Shown: in pieces, positions 28,701 through 37,443 of the stretch
Position numbering within the stretch: position 1 is the stretch's first letter
Layout of the letters: each line of letters begins with the position of its first letter
Origin: a virus
IMG/VR virus record: IMGVR_UViG_3300032320_001622
Coordinates: 1,195-65,194 of that record
Direction: 5' to 3' (one strand)
Length of the DNA stretch: 64,000 nucleotides
Notes under the pieces: generated by a model
Told to the model about the DNA's origin: nothing
Seen by the model: only the letters and a program-made list of their open reading frames with translations
The model's database searches: none
Program-made: the position numbers and the translations under genes

Positions 28701-29230
28701 GGTGATAGAAACTTTACTGGAGAAGGATCACCATAACCGCTCACACCACCCGTATAGGTTGTTGCATCCGATGTCGTCTTGTAATGATCATCATATGTCT
28801 TAAAATATGATGGATTTTGCCAGTAGTAATCATACATTACTCTTCTACCGACAGGAACTCTCGTACACATCGTCTTGTAGATTTGGTATTCGTTGTCTGG
28901 TAGACCTGCTGTACTGTTGGGTTCTCTTATTGTTTTTGTTGGACCAAAACGAAGCAACTCAACAATACCCGAATGTTGATAAACCAAATCAGGTGAAACA
29001 TTTGATGGGAGATCCCACCAAGTCGCCCAGACTTGATATGTTAGAGAGGGATGGGAGGGAGTTGGTTCTCCACCACCTCCCCCACCACCCGAACCACCAC
29101 CTCTTCCTTTGTTTCTTTCTGCTTGCTGTCTTGCTTCGTGATAGATCAAAGGATCTGGAACAGAGTTTCTTTGTGCTTCTGTTCCTTCTGTATTCGAAAT
29201 GCTTGTTGGTTTTCTGTAGTAAGAAGACAT
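25787..29230 (-). CDS. large hypothetical protein, possibly virion-associated or carbohydrate-active
   Basis: about 1147 aa from MSSYYRK; Gly linker followed by two W/Y-rich domains. Confidence 0.6.
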   Translation of the reverse strand: MSSYYRKPTSISNTEGTEAQRNSVPDPLIYHEARQQAERNKGRGGGSGGGGGGGEPTPSHPSLTYQVWATWWDLPSNVSPDLVYQHSGIVELLRFGPTKTIREPNSTAGLPDNEYQIYKTMCTRVPVGRRVMYDYYWQNPSYFKTYDDHYKTTSDATTYTGGVSGYGDPSPVKFLSPWGTQSNADTKTSFKLFLDRCKSDNVLFDYFWDDTEGYTTFALGSNYNTYESTFDVNGLPNNYETWQSIPDPRRTVSIVSDARFTSVTNQNGRTFSQEVVQKFRDLIGNQSDTRTASQILSYYTTVTTRQDFNPPWGQSDDIRKAYYAFDAALYTYNFGTLRKDAIINALSEKSLSTVKVFQSELAPISVTESKYAVDMNGHYMPKDTISNYGASLHFYGQNNLYYSYGYHTNPTTDDQRFAFSALGDGVSSFFSRAHMSFIQDVQKARAMLRTDSTSYNNFFPIVSTPGNTFNASRYNEDSSYWYEMMYHLCLHGAKFFNIFTEIHTAQEMQTVQTVLDTWKTISGNNHAIPASNSTGSTGTSVERINLKDAAESYLISGGYIPSLNKWIWRLTAPPQYSNYTLNDPSQTDLPQTINIPSGSRGVWIERSVAGKPDYVPSVVSYEVPAEDNKRMFAEIGIGSAGGDITWNAWTSIAISAYQGNPYPSGTRAYAWEGDPARPENSSPWHNIIYETTIDIYKWGSRAFSFYGPWGAEEEQPFWKPQQWKQIYATYTGNNKTAPARWKGFKYAVRALLEGNMTPVGKDAITEPCNVHFYMTSTRGVSKLRNYTNAYWQSLGSTNEERDINYYKQLDEIIDDLIEAKGRTPNSGKLYISVGSAVACATPQTLHLYRSSTAYKTDALELGDWYIMNRLKNNGIVHFFEARGQRTLTQSPQGGTVGTESINEWRTNPMVCGEYWLWYSNPDSGNPNFTNHITNQETPLTMRLYDPFYPLPSTVIGFTIDPYQVQLTYRYEGQTRTLIEADGYSAIGVLTPSGSMFEFYRLCDHYRKYNSVNGVVFDFENIISFNFNRYMGSVWFHPVYNGQGTDPLTNYWRIPNSVIEVRSLFNPTVFLQNPTTYGAGNASLGFWTQAGKDYWDTNVRRSSFSRFITFISGYCSSFCPPTAGDCTNPVYGSSTDVLTRSVIELGDW

Positions 29231-29283
29231 TAGTTCCAGTAATCCTTTGAAGAAGTTTAATATTCTCTCAAAAATATTAGAAA

Positions 29284-30597
29284 TCACTGTATTCCTAAGA
29301 TAGTTGCGTTTGTCTTTTGTCCGGTCACGAATGCTCCAGGCACGCTGCTTCCAAGAATACCACACTCATCAATGACAAAAAGACCAGCCAAGGATGGATC
29401 ATTTTGTTCCAACATAGACACAGTTGTGAAATCAAAATCAGAAACTACTTTGAAGTTCAGAGTGACTATGAGGTTTTCTTTGTCGATGAATGTCTGATCT
29501 CCTAGCATTGAAAGCCAATTGTGTGCTGCGTTTCCGTCTTTTGGTACAGATGATTCGTTTATACTTCCTGCTCCAGCCATATACATTGAACTTGACTGTG
29601 ATGCTCTTGCTCCTGTCTTATTCAATCCCATAAATTCCAACTTGGTTGTATCCCAAGAGAATAATGTGCATACGCTAGAAATTCTCTGAGGAAGAGTTTC
29701 GTTCTTTACTAGAATCTTTACTGGAACAATGTCACCAACTTTGAATTTGGTTGTAGGAGCAGAAAGGGTGTGAGAAACTTTGTATTCTGCACCAACACCA
29801 AACTTGATTGCGTTTACACCATTTCTTGTTTCACTCAGAACATTTGTTCCGATTGTTGGACTACCATCAATCTTTGTTTTTGTTTCAACACCATTCACTG
29901 TTACGCTTGGTAAAATCTTGATGTCAGTCAATTGACTAGTAGGATAGTAGAAATCACCCTTTACCTTGAAACGAAGAGTACCCATCAATCTAAAAGAGTT
30001 TGCCCACATATAACCATCAAAATTCCACTGATAGTACATTGGTTTCAACGCAGGAATTCTTTTTTCGGGCACAGGGAGTGCTTCGGCATGAAACAACAAA
30101 GTTCCGTCTTGTGGTAATGCTGATTCGTTTACTCCACCAGATTTCTCAGGTGCAACTAGTCCACTTTTTGTTGCATTCATAACAGTGGTGTCGTATCCAA
30201 ATCCACCCACTGCTGGAGGAAGCAATTCAAAGATATTGCTGTCCCAAGATACAATGAAGTCTCCACCACGGAATATGCTCCACATGCTCACGGTCTTGCC
30301 GTTTACGACTTTGGTTTTTGAGATGGGTTGAGCAAGAATGCGTACTTCTACAGTGTCACCTTTCTTGGCAACTGTTCCATTTTTGTTCTTGCCATCCCAA
30401 TCTTTATTTGACCACTGTGATTCGAGTAATATTCGATAAGTCATCGAAGGATCAATGAAGTATGGAGTAAAAACTGTTGCTGGTGGAACAGGAACCAACT
30501 CAATAGTGCCATCTGGTTGTGGAACTTTTGTTGCTGCCTGAGCAAAAACAGAACTAGTGACGATCAAACTTGCAAATAGTGATAAAATATATTTCAT
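29284..30597 (-). CDS. secreted protein with two cohesin-like domains
   Basis: signal peptide; duplicated GD.V.V.I...SWD...E...NES..P.DG...TL.FKV unit. Confidence 0.6.
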   Translation of the reverse strand: MKYILSLFASLIVTSSVFAQAATKVPQPDGTIELVPVPPATVFTPYFIDPSMTYRILLESQWSNKDWDGKNKNGTVAKKGDTVEVRILAQPISKTKVVNGKTVSMWSIFRGGDFIVSWDSNIFELLPPAVGGFGYDTTVMNATKSGLVAPEKSGGVNESALPQDGTLLFHAEALPVPEKRIPALKPMYYQWNFDGYMWANSFRLMGTLRFKVKGDFYYPTSQLTDIKILPSVTVNGVETKTKIDGSPTIGTNVLSETRNGVNAIKFGVGAEYKVSHTLSAPTTKFKVGDIVPVKILVKNETLPQRISSVCTLFSWDTTKLEFMGLNKTGARASQSSSMYMAGAGSINESSVPKDGNAAHNWLSMLGDQTFIDKENLIVTLNFKVVSDFDFTTVSMLEQNDPSLAGLFVIDECGILGSSVPGAFVTGQKTNATILGIQ

Positions 30598-30684
30598 AAG
30601 AAATCTCCTTTTCTCTATTTAGGTAAAAAGAAACGCCCTCTTTCAAGGGCGTCGGACCTGAGATGCGATCTCAAGTGGGGTTAT

Positions 30685-31083
30685 TTACTGAATTTTTATA
30701 ATCTTTGGTTTCTTTTCTTCGGGTACGATTGTCGCAATCACAATTCGAAGAATACCATCCTTGAACTCTGCCTTTTCCACTATAGCATACTCTGAGAGAG
30801 CGAACTTCTTCTCGAAAGAACGAAGAGCGATTCCCTTGTATGTGTAGTTTTCTGATTGTTGTTTTGATTCCTTTTTGGCAGAAACCTTGAGTGTGCTATT
30901 CTCCACCATTACCTCGATGTTGTCTTTCGAGTAACCAGCGAGAGCAAATTCAAGAATCGTGTTTTCGCCATCCTTGTATGTGTCGAATGGCGGGTAGTTT
31001 GGATTGTTGTCCCACAATCCTCTGGATCTATTCAGATCACGATCAAACCCAATCAAATAATCTAACAATGTCGGTGCTGTCAT
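30685..31083 (-). CDS. small heat shock protein (Hsp20/IbpA-like)
   Basis: NYPPF, FALAGYSK, KGIA.RSF and DGIL motifs; AGGAG RBS. Confidence 0.93.
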   Translation of the reverse strand: MTAPTLLDYLIGFDRDLNRSRGLWDNNPNYPPFDTYKDGENTILEFALAGYSKDNIEVMVENSTLKVSAKKESKQQSENYTYKGIALRSFEKKFALSEYAIVEKAEFKDGILRIVIATIVPEEKKPKIIKIQ

Positions 31084-31172
31084 TTTTGTCTCCTTTTTAA
31101 GCAAGACCTTGTACGATGGCCACCCCCGAAGGCGATGGCATAGTATGTATACGCGCCAAAAGAAACAACCCC

Positions 31173-31466
31173 TCATTTCTGAGGGGTGTATCGAATGATT
31201 ACATTACCTTGCCAGATGCGTATGCTCTCTAGATCGGGATACTCGTCCTCCAGCAACTCCAACAACGCTTTCTCAAGTTCCTTGCGTGTCTTGCGATCCA
31301 TTTTGGGAGGTTGGCCCACCTCCGCCCTTCCCTCCAGAGCGGTTCCAAGGTTGAACTTGGGTGGAAGATAGTTTCCATGTTCAAACAGCAAATCCTGCAC
31401 AGGAAGAATGATCGTCTCCGCTGATGCAGATGCGGTGAGAAAGAGTGCCACTAGAAATGCTTTCAT
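31173..31466 (-). CDS. hypothetical exported protein
   Basis: signal peptide MKAFLVALFLTASASA. Confidence 0.55.
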   Translation of the reverse strand: MKAFLVALFLTASASAETIILPVQDLLFEHGNYLPPKFNLGTALEGRAEVGQPPKMDRKTRKELEKALLELLEDEYPDLESIRIWQGNVIIRYTPQK

Positions 31467-32095
31467 TTCTTTTTTCCTTGAATCTCTAAATGCGTGTCGT
31501 ATGCGGAATCATCCTCACCTGTATATGGGTGCATTTGTATACCTTTGGCTTTTGCCTTGCGTCTTACTGCACCACTACCAGATGACCATATGTCACCAGT
31601 ATGTAACTCACTTGCCCGACCCAGATCTCGCCTTTTACCACCATATGAATGGTGTATGGCACGAACCTCACCTCCGATGTCACGATCTTTCATCAAAGAT
31701 TGCCAAATAGAAGCACCACCAACACTTTGCTCACGCCCACTTGTTACAGTGTACCCCAACCCGTGAAGATGCTTGTATGCCGCCACAGCAAGCGAATGTC
31801 CAATCTTCTTCTTGGTATGATCCTTGTGTATTGCAGTCAATCCAACTTGAAGGTGACTGCTCTTGTGTGGTGTATCATTCGATATGTGTCCAACCACCTT
31901 CTTGGACGGATCGTGGGTGATGTAGAAATTTCCACTGGACTTGTGAATGGAATAATCCTTGTGTATCTTTCCAAGGTTCTTCTTGGGTCCGTAGGTGAAC
32001 TCGTCTTGCGCGTCTTTGAGTTCACTCTTATTCATGCGACCAATGTCAGAGGTGAGTTCGATGTCTTCGGAGATGTATTGTTTGAAAGATTTCAT
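31463..32095 (-). CDS. candidate head internal protein, GNAT-like
   Basis: MKSFKQYISE targeting-like start; QSVGGASIW motif; His/Lys-rich. Confidence 0.55.
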   Translation of the reverse strand: MKSFKQYISEDIELTSDIGRMNKSELKDAQDEFTYGPKKNLGKIHKDYSIHKSSGNFYITHDPSKKVVGHISNDTPHKSSHLQVGLTAIHKDHTKKKIGHSLAVAAYKHLHGLGYTVTSGREQSVGGASIWQSLMKDRDIGGEVRAIHHSYGGKRRDLGRASELHTGDIWSSGSGAVRRKAKAKGIQMHPYTGEDDSAYDTHLEIQGKKK

Positions 32096-32808
32096 GTTCC
32101 GCTCCTTGCCTTGCTGATCTCAATCGCTGCCAATTGTCTCATAGCCTTTTTTCTGCTGCTGTGCCTGCCAAATACTTTTTTCTCACTCTCCCCGCCTTTT
32201 TTTCCTTTCACCACCCACTGCTCTCCTTCTTTCTCAACCGTCTCTGCAACAGTCTCTCCCCCGACAATGAATGGTTTTCCTGCCAGACGAGACTTGAAAT
32301 CACCCGCTTCAATCGCAGGCCCAGACTTCAGTCCAGCACCACCGATGCGTGATCTCTTGCCTTTCGGAACCCAATTCGACTCGCCTGTTCCGTGAAAGAC
32401 GCTGCCGTGCTTTCGTGACACCGTGAGAACCGTGTCCTGTCCGTACATCTCTCCGTGCTTCTTCATATCGCTCATAAACTCTGAATGCAGGGAAGAAGGA
32501 TTCCATTCCTTGTGTCCAGCCATCAGTGATCCCGAGTGAACCATGAAAGACTTCTCTTTCACAGGTCTTCTCTCGCCATTGTGATCTTCGATGTACTCAC
32601 CTTTCACTGCAATCGGTGCATACCCGTGCTGTATGAGACTCTTCTTGAGTTGCTTGGTTCTTCTGTTGTTGTCAGATGGACTGAGATTTGCACGACTTGC
32701 AGAGATGAAACCAACCATGTGTCCTGCACCGATGTGAGTGTGCAGACGGGAAAGAGATCTCTTTGCTGCTTCGGATAATTCCGTGGTATAGTGTCTGAAA
32801 GATTTCAT
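32092..32808 (-). CDS. candidate head internal protein
   Basis: start MKSFRHYTTELSE after CTAAATA; ISASR..N..R..L, G.Y.E, E.SF and YGQD motifs. Confidence 0.65.
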   Translation of the reverse strand: MKSFRHYTTELSEAAKRSLSRLHTHIGAGHMVGFISASRANLSPSDNNRRTKQLKKSLIQHGYAPIAVKGEYIEDHNGERRPVKEKSFMVHSGSLMAGHKEWNPSSLHSEFMSDMKKHGEMYGQDTVLTVSRKHGSVFHGTGESNWVPKGKRSRIGGAGLKSGPAIEAGDFKSRLAGKPFIVGGETVAETVEKEGEQWVVKGKKGGESEKKVFGRHSSRKKAMRQLAAIEISKARSGT

Positions 32809-33107
32809 AGGAGTCCCTTTTTCTGTATTTAGAATAATACGGGAGTGGGGGATCCTATTGGAAAAATTTACAGTTTTGGGGGGTATGGGTCCCAAGGGGA
32901 AAGTCTGTAGGATTTGGGGGGTAGGGGTGTCAGTCGAGGGTCTGGCGAGGAAAACGGTCCCCCTCATTACTAGGGGGTGAAAGACCCCCCACCCCATGCC
33001 GATGGCACTGTTGCCGCTTCCGTGTCTCGCGGGGTATGCTTTCGCTGTCCACCTAGCGATTTCGGAATGTCATTCACAACGGGAAGATTTCACAATAAGC
33101 AAAGACC

Positions 33108-33140
33108 AAAAGAAACCCACGATGTGATTCGTGGGCTTCT
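33108..33140 (-). terminator. terminator closing the leftward early operon
   Basis: AGAAGCCCACGA..TCGTGGGTTTCT followed by a T-run. Confidence 0.7.
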
Positions 33141-33161
33141 CAAAGGAATGAACTGTGTTGG

Positions 33162-33617
33162 TTACGCTTCTAGTGCGTAGTTCGTTGTGGGTTCGGCGTA
33201 ATACTGATTAGTGCCGAACATCCGATCATCGGCGTACTTCCTGGCATCAGTGAACATTGCCCGACGAGTTTCCTTGTTGAGCAGATACCCGGCGGCATAC
33301 TCAACACCGCTGATGTAGTGCTCGAGGCGTTCGTTGATGGCTCTCACTGCTTCTAGATCGCTCTTGGTGAGTTCCGCTTCATCACGCTGCTGCTTGGCGG
33401 CATCTAGATTGACGGCAGCGGCAACCAGAAGTTCCTTCTGCCGATTCAGTTGATGCTCGAGGTCTAGCACCATGTTACGCAGTTCGTACACCTCTCGTGG
33501 CGTCCAATTGGCGCCACAGGTGCAATTGATCGGATTGGCGTAGACGCAGACGCAATCCCATCCAGGCTGGTAGATGGAAAGTTCTTCGGTAGTCAAAGTG
33601 TCGGGGTGCTTGCACAT
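33162..33617 (-). CDS. hypothetical protein (Cys motif plus coiled coil)
   Basis: 151 aa; AAGGA RBS. Confidence 0.6.
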   Translation of the reverse strand: MCKHPDTLTTEELSIYQPGWDCVCVYANPINCTCGANWTPREVYELRNMVLDLEHQLNRQKELLVAAAVNLDAAKQQRDEAELTKSDLEAVRAINERLEHYISGVEYAAGYLLNKETRRAMFTDARKYADDRMFGTNQYYAEPTTNYALEA

Positions 33618-33638
33618 TCGTTCATTCCTTCTAAAGAA

Positions 33639-33710
33639 ACCGTACCTGTTGGGGTTGCACCAACACAGCCTCCAAGGGAGGCATGCTCTCGTAGTTACAT
33701 CAAGGTCGGT
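33639..33710 (-). ncRNA. tRNA-like element (non-canonical cloverleaf)
   Basis: ACCG-ACCT/AGGT-A-CGGT stem; D arm ATGT/GCAT; GCCTCC-CTT-GGAGGC; T arm GTTGG-TGCAACC-CCAAC. Confidence 0.55.
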
Positions 33711-33793
33711 AGATCGGCGAGGTGTCCCTTACGCGGGGTTCGCATTTGGCAACGGTCCTGTTGTCACGACTTACTTAGTCCACGATCTGATGT

Positions 33794-33967
33794 TTAGAAG
33801 TCCTTGAAGCCGAACAGGCTCTTGTTGCTGTCACGACGATCCTGCTCGTCGTTGTAGCGCACCCAATCCTCACGGGTGCGAAAGCCATCGGTCGGGGGAG
33901 CGTCCTGCATGGCATCATCGCAGAGACGCTGAAAGTCGGGATTGCCGGTGTATCGGTTGTCAGCCAT
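33794..33967 (-). CDS. small hypothetical protein (57 aa)
   Basis: MADNRYTGNPDF..; AAGGA RBS; not in the ORF track. Confidence 0.5.
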   Translation of the reverse strand: MADNRYTGNPDFQRLCDDAMQDAPPTDGFRTREDWVRYNDEQDRRDSNKSLFGFKDF

Positions 33968-34184
33968 TGTGCTTTCCTTGATTGATGATCTTGGTGAGAT
34001 TGTCGATGACCTTGTACGATGCGTCGCGTTCCTTGATGAGTTCGTTCACCGCGCGGTCGAGATCACGAATCGTCTCGGCAGCGGTGAGGAGTTCCGTCCT
34101 CATGTAGTCGGGAAGTTTGACATGATCCTGTTCGCTGTTGGCGATGGTCGTCAGCCAGTGAATCGTTTCTTGGGTGTTGCTCAC
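33960..34184 (-). CDS. hypothetical protein
   Basis: GTG start overlaps the lysozyme stop; GAGGA RBS. Confidence 0.55.
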   Translation of the reverse strand: MSNTQETIHWLTTIANSEQDHVKLPDYMRTELLTAAETIRDLDRAVNELIKERDASYKVIDNLTKIINQGKHNG

Positions 34185-34591
34185 AAGTGTTTCCTCACCT
34201 TCTGCCAATACTTGATGGTGGACTTCTTCTTCGCACCACTCGGTCCACCGTTGTGAGTCCTGGCAACGGTCTGATCGTTCCAGGTCTTCACATAGCGGCA
34301 GAGGTATGCACGAACCACCTGTCGTGCGTAGGTTTCGTCCTTGCAATCGGTGTAAGTACCACCGATGCTCGGATCATGTTCAAGTGCGTCTTGCCAATAC
34401 GCACGGGAGATTTGAAACGGGCCGATGCTGCGTCCGTTGTCTCCAACCGCTTCGGAGGGGTTCTCTTCCCCGCCGGTTTCGACGATGCGAATGGCGTCGA
34501 GAACACGGTCGAGATCGTAGTCAGCCGGAGGAGCGGCGACAGCGCCGTAGATGCAGGACAGAGTACCGATGATGGATGCGATGTAGTTCAT
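34181..34591 (-). CDS. lysozyme-like protein (destabilase/transglycosylase fold) with signal peptide
   Basis: AIRIVETGG, GD.G.SIGPFQI..YW.DA and HNGGP motifs. Confidence 0.8.
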   Translation of the reverse strand: MNYIASIIGTLSCIYGAVAAPPADYDLDRVLDAIRIVETGGEENPSEAVGDNGRSIGPFQISRAYWQDALEHDPSIGGTYTDCKDETYARQVVRAYLCRYVKTWNDQTVARTHNGGPSGAKKKSTIKYWQKVRKHL

Positions 34592-34593
34592 GT

Positions 34594-35319
34594 TCAGTAG
34601 TTCCCGTTCTCGAGGTCGTTGATGATGTCACCGATGGCGTTCTCGTTCGCCTGACGCTCCATGCGCTGCCGACGCTCCTCGCGCTTCCTCGCCCCTTCCT
34701 GCTCCAAGATCCTCCCCTGCGCGTCGGCCAGTCCCTTCGTGTAGGAAGCAGTCCTAGCCAGGTAGACGACCGAACCCTCAAGTTCGCGCACCGTGTCGCG
34801 CAACTGGTCGATCTGCGTGTCACGCGCAGCGAGAAGAGCACGAAGAGCATCACGCTCCTGGGTCGCTTGCAGAGCAGCATTCTGCCAGTCGTTGCGCTCC
34901 ATCGAAACCGCTTCGACAGCAGCCTGGAGGGAAGCACGATCCTCCTGCTCGTCGTCCTGGCCGGTGGTCTGGGTCGAGAGATTGCGAAGTGCAATCTCCG
35001 CGAGTTCCAGGTCAGCCTGCTCGGCAGGAGTGAACTCGTCACGGTCGCAACCGTCGAGTCGAATCGCTGCCACACGATCCGCGAGACGAGTCAGACCGCA
35101 CTCGCGGAAATCGCTGCACCACCCGAGGTAGTCCGACACCCCCTCCGAGTAGAAGTGCGACCAGTTGCGCCGTTCGCAGAAGTGCGCGTTGAACCGATCA
35201 CACTCGGCTTCGTTAGCGGTGCGAGAAACCTGTTCCGTGTTCTTGCTGTTCTTCATGGTGTTCGTTCCCTTGCTGTTGCTGTTGTTGATGGCGAGATCGT
35301 CGTTGTAGATGCTGTTCAT
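34594..35319 (-). CDS. hypothetical coiled-coil protein
   Basis: GC-rich coding pattern; start uncertain (35319 or 35256). Confidence 0.55.
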   Translation of the reverse strand: MNSIYNDDLAINNSNSKGTNTMKNSKNTEQVSRTANEAECDRFNAHFCERRNWSHFYSEGVSDYLGWCSDFRECGLTRLADRVAAIRLDGCDRDEFTPAEQADLELAEIALRNLSTQTTGQDDEQEDRASLQAAVEAVSMERNDWQNAALQATQERDALRALLAARDTQIDQLRDTVRELEGSVVYLARTASYTKGLADAQGRILEQEGARKREERRQRMERQANENAIGDIINDLENGNY

Positions 35320-35321
35320 GG

Positions 35322-35729
35322 TCAGATGTCCTCGTTCTCGTCCTCGAACGAGTCGAGGATGACATTGTGAACGGTGGTGGTGAGGTTCTCCCAATCCGAA
35401 TCCGCCGGACGGTTGGTGTTGTACTGCCGCTTGACCTCGCTCCACTCGTCGTCGGTCAGGGGACGCTCGCTCACCGAGTCCGCATCGGCGCGAGAGAAGC
35501 GGATGTTGCAATCCTCTTCGTCCTCGGCGAACACGGCGACTGCGACATCGCGCGGCGTCTGATCGGTCAGGCCGATATCGGCAACGGGGATCAAGTCCCC
35601 CGCGTCGATGCGGTCGTTGCAGAGGTCATCGAACTGCTTGTCGTTGATGACCAGGATGCTGCATCCGCTGAGAGTGTTCCAGGTCTGTCCGTCCGAGAGG
35701 ACAACGATAGTGTGAGTCTTGCTGCTCAT
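35322..35729 (-). CDS. acidic hypothetical protein
   Basis: start MSSKTHT after AAGGA. Confidence 0.6.
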   Translation of the reverse strand: MSSKTHTIVVLSDGQTWNTLSGCSILVINDKQFDDLCNDRIDAGDLIPVADIGLTDQTPRDVAVAVFAEDEEDCNIRFSRADADSVSERPLTDDEWSEVKRQYNTNRPADSDWENLTTTVHNVILDSFEDENEDI

Positions 35730-35781
35730 GTTCATTCCTTTGTTGTGTTGCGAGCGGGAAGGCCGGTGTGGGTTGTACAGT

Positions 35782-36132
35782 TCAGAGGACGCTGGTCTTG
35801 CCAGCAGCGTCATCGAGGTCGAAGATCGCCTCGTTGCGCGAGTCCTCGAGGTCGCACTCGATGTTGGTGAGGTCGCTGCCGATGTTGTTGAGCGTGTCGC
35901 GGATCTTGTTGAGCGCGTCGATGAGCGCGTTCGCGGTGATCTCTCCCTCGGAGTAGCGAACGGTGACCTTGTCGAGAGCGGTCGTCGCAGCGTACAGACG
36001 GTTGTCCGCCTTGGTGATCTTACCGCAGTTGACGGTGCTGCAAGCGATCAGACGATTAGCGACGCGGCGGACAGCGGCGACGGTGTTGGGGGTGCGGGGG
36101 GTGTTGTTACGGTTGTTCTTGCGAGTAGCCAT
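35782..36132 (-). CDS. hypothetical protein, leaderless
   Basis: ATG lies 6 nt after the -10 TAGGCT; no SD sequence. Confidence 0.65.
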   Translation of the reverse strand: MATRKNNRNNTPRTPNTVAAVRRVANRLIACSTVNCGKITKADNRLYAATTALDKVTVRYSEGEITANALIDALNKIRDTLNNIGSDLTNIECDLEDSRNEAIFDLDDAAGKTSVL

Positions 36133-36135
36133 AGG

Positions 36136-36250
36136 TATAGCCTACCATAGATCGGCGGGAAGTGCAACGGGAATACCCGATTTTCCCGTAAGTCGTGCTA
36201 TTACAAGGACTTACAACTTGTGGATAAGTGCGGACAGCGGCTTATCGGAC
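36136..36250 (-). promoter_or_regulatory. composite early promoter module
   Basis: TTGCAC-17-TAGGCT; GTAAGTC-N13-GACTTAC; DnaA box at 36219-36227; 23-bp motif shared with 40310-40332. Confidence 0.75.
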
Positions 36251-36359
36251 GGTATTCTGTCAATCTAGCACACACTCAACAACACATCGCGGGGAGCCGT
36301 GCAGGTTCAAGGTCTGCCGTGCTCCCCGCGATTGGGGCTACCACCGTGTTGTTGTTAGA

Positions 36360-36644
36360 TCAACCGCGCACCGGCGACGGAGTGCCATCAGCGTACTTGC
36401 CGTGGCAGTAGTCGAAGTCGTTGAACACACCGGCGAAGTCCGACTGAGCAACCTGACGGTCGAAGCGCGAGAGGATGTTCATCTTGCGAGCCGTCATGCG
36501 AATGTGACGAGCGGCAGCGAAGATGTCGCTTGCACCCTGCTCACCCGCATCGCTGAGAGCGAGAGCGAGATTGTCGAGAGTGTTCACGAGGCCAGTGGAG
36601 AGGGTGCTGAACGAGTTGGTGTTGGTCTTGGTCTTGAGAGTCAT
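36360..36644 (-). CDS. hypothetical protein
   Basis: 94 aa with biased codon usage. Confidence 0.6.
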   Translation of the reverse strand: MTLKTKTNTNSFSTLSTGLVNTLDNLALALSDAGEQGASDIFAAARHIRMTARKMNILSRFDRQVAQSDFAGVFNDFDYCHGKYADGTPSPVRG

Positions 36645-36705
36645 GTGTCTGTCTTTCTATCTGAGTGAGAAGTGAATGGGAGGAAACGAGAAACGAAGAC
36701 GGGGT

Positions 36706-36957
36706 TTACTTGCTCTTGCGAGGCATGCGGTCGTTGATGTCGTCGATGTTGCGCCACATCGCGGAGTTCTCATCGGTGATGCGACGGTCGAGCGCCTCCT
36801 CAACCTTGTCGATGTGGCGGTACACATCATCGAAGCGGTTGTCGAGCGCGTTCTGATCACGCTCCTTGGCAGCGATCCACGACTTCAGGAAGAAGTAGAG
36901 GCAGCCAATCGAGGTGACGATGAGAGCGATTGCGATGGGGAGGGGAATCTTGTCCAT
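36706..36957 (-). CDS. membrane-anchored coiled-coil protein
   Basis: N-terminal TM helix; downstream of promoter 36987-37015. Confidence 0.6.
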   Translation of the reverse strand: MDKIPLPIAIALIVTSIGCLYFFLKSWIAAKERDQNALDNRFDDVYRHIDKVEEALDRRITDENSAMWRNIDDINDRMPRKSK

Positions 36958-36986
36958 GTGTTTGTTCCTAACCTTTCTGTCCTACA

Positions 36987-37015
36987 AGTATACACGAAGT
37001 TTGAGGGGTTGTCAA
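36987..37015 (-). promoter_or_regulatory. sigma70-type promoter
   Basis: TTGACA-17 bp-TATACT. Confidence 0.8.
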
Positions 37016-37050
37016 GTCTGTCGAGCGCAGTCCGCGCGTTTTTGTTTGGC

Positions 37051-37389
37051 TCAGTCGAATGCTTCGTCGTTATCGTACTCGTCACGCGCCACGCCAAACA
37101 TCTGTTCGAAGCCGAGATTAGAGATCGAAGAGATCAGCAATTGCTCCTGCTCCTCGGTCAACATTGGCAGACACTCGCTAAGTGGTCGCAGCGAGGTGCC
37201 GCTGGTGTACTCTTCCCAGCCCTTCTTCTCCACGGTGATGATGTGCTTCTTGCCAGTGACGATGCAGCGTTTGGTGATCTCGACCGGCTCCACGAACGGG
37301 TACGGCGTCGGTCGAAGTTTGGCTTCCTCCTCTGCTTGCTTGATGAGCGATGCTTCGGCGATACGGGTTGCGAGTTGTGCGTCAGTCAT
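37051..37389 (-). CDS. hypothetical protein
   Basis: 112 aa from MTDAQLAT. Confidence 0.6.
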   Translation of the reverse strand: MTDAQLATRIAEASLIKQAEEEAKLRPTPYPFVEPVEITKRCIVTGKKHIITVEKKGWEEYTSGTSLRPLSECLPMLTEEQEQLLISSISNLGFEQMFGVARDEYDNDEAFD

Positions 37390-37443
37390 GGAAAGGGTTA
37401 TGTGAGATTTCTCCCACATGCCCCGAATGCCCTTACGGGCGCG

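Noticed and set aside
32809-32997. N-terminal extension of ORF 32092..32997
   Set aside because: It runs through G/C tracts; the late promoter and targeting-like sequence indicate a start at 32808
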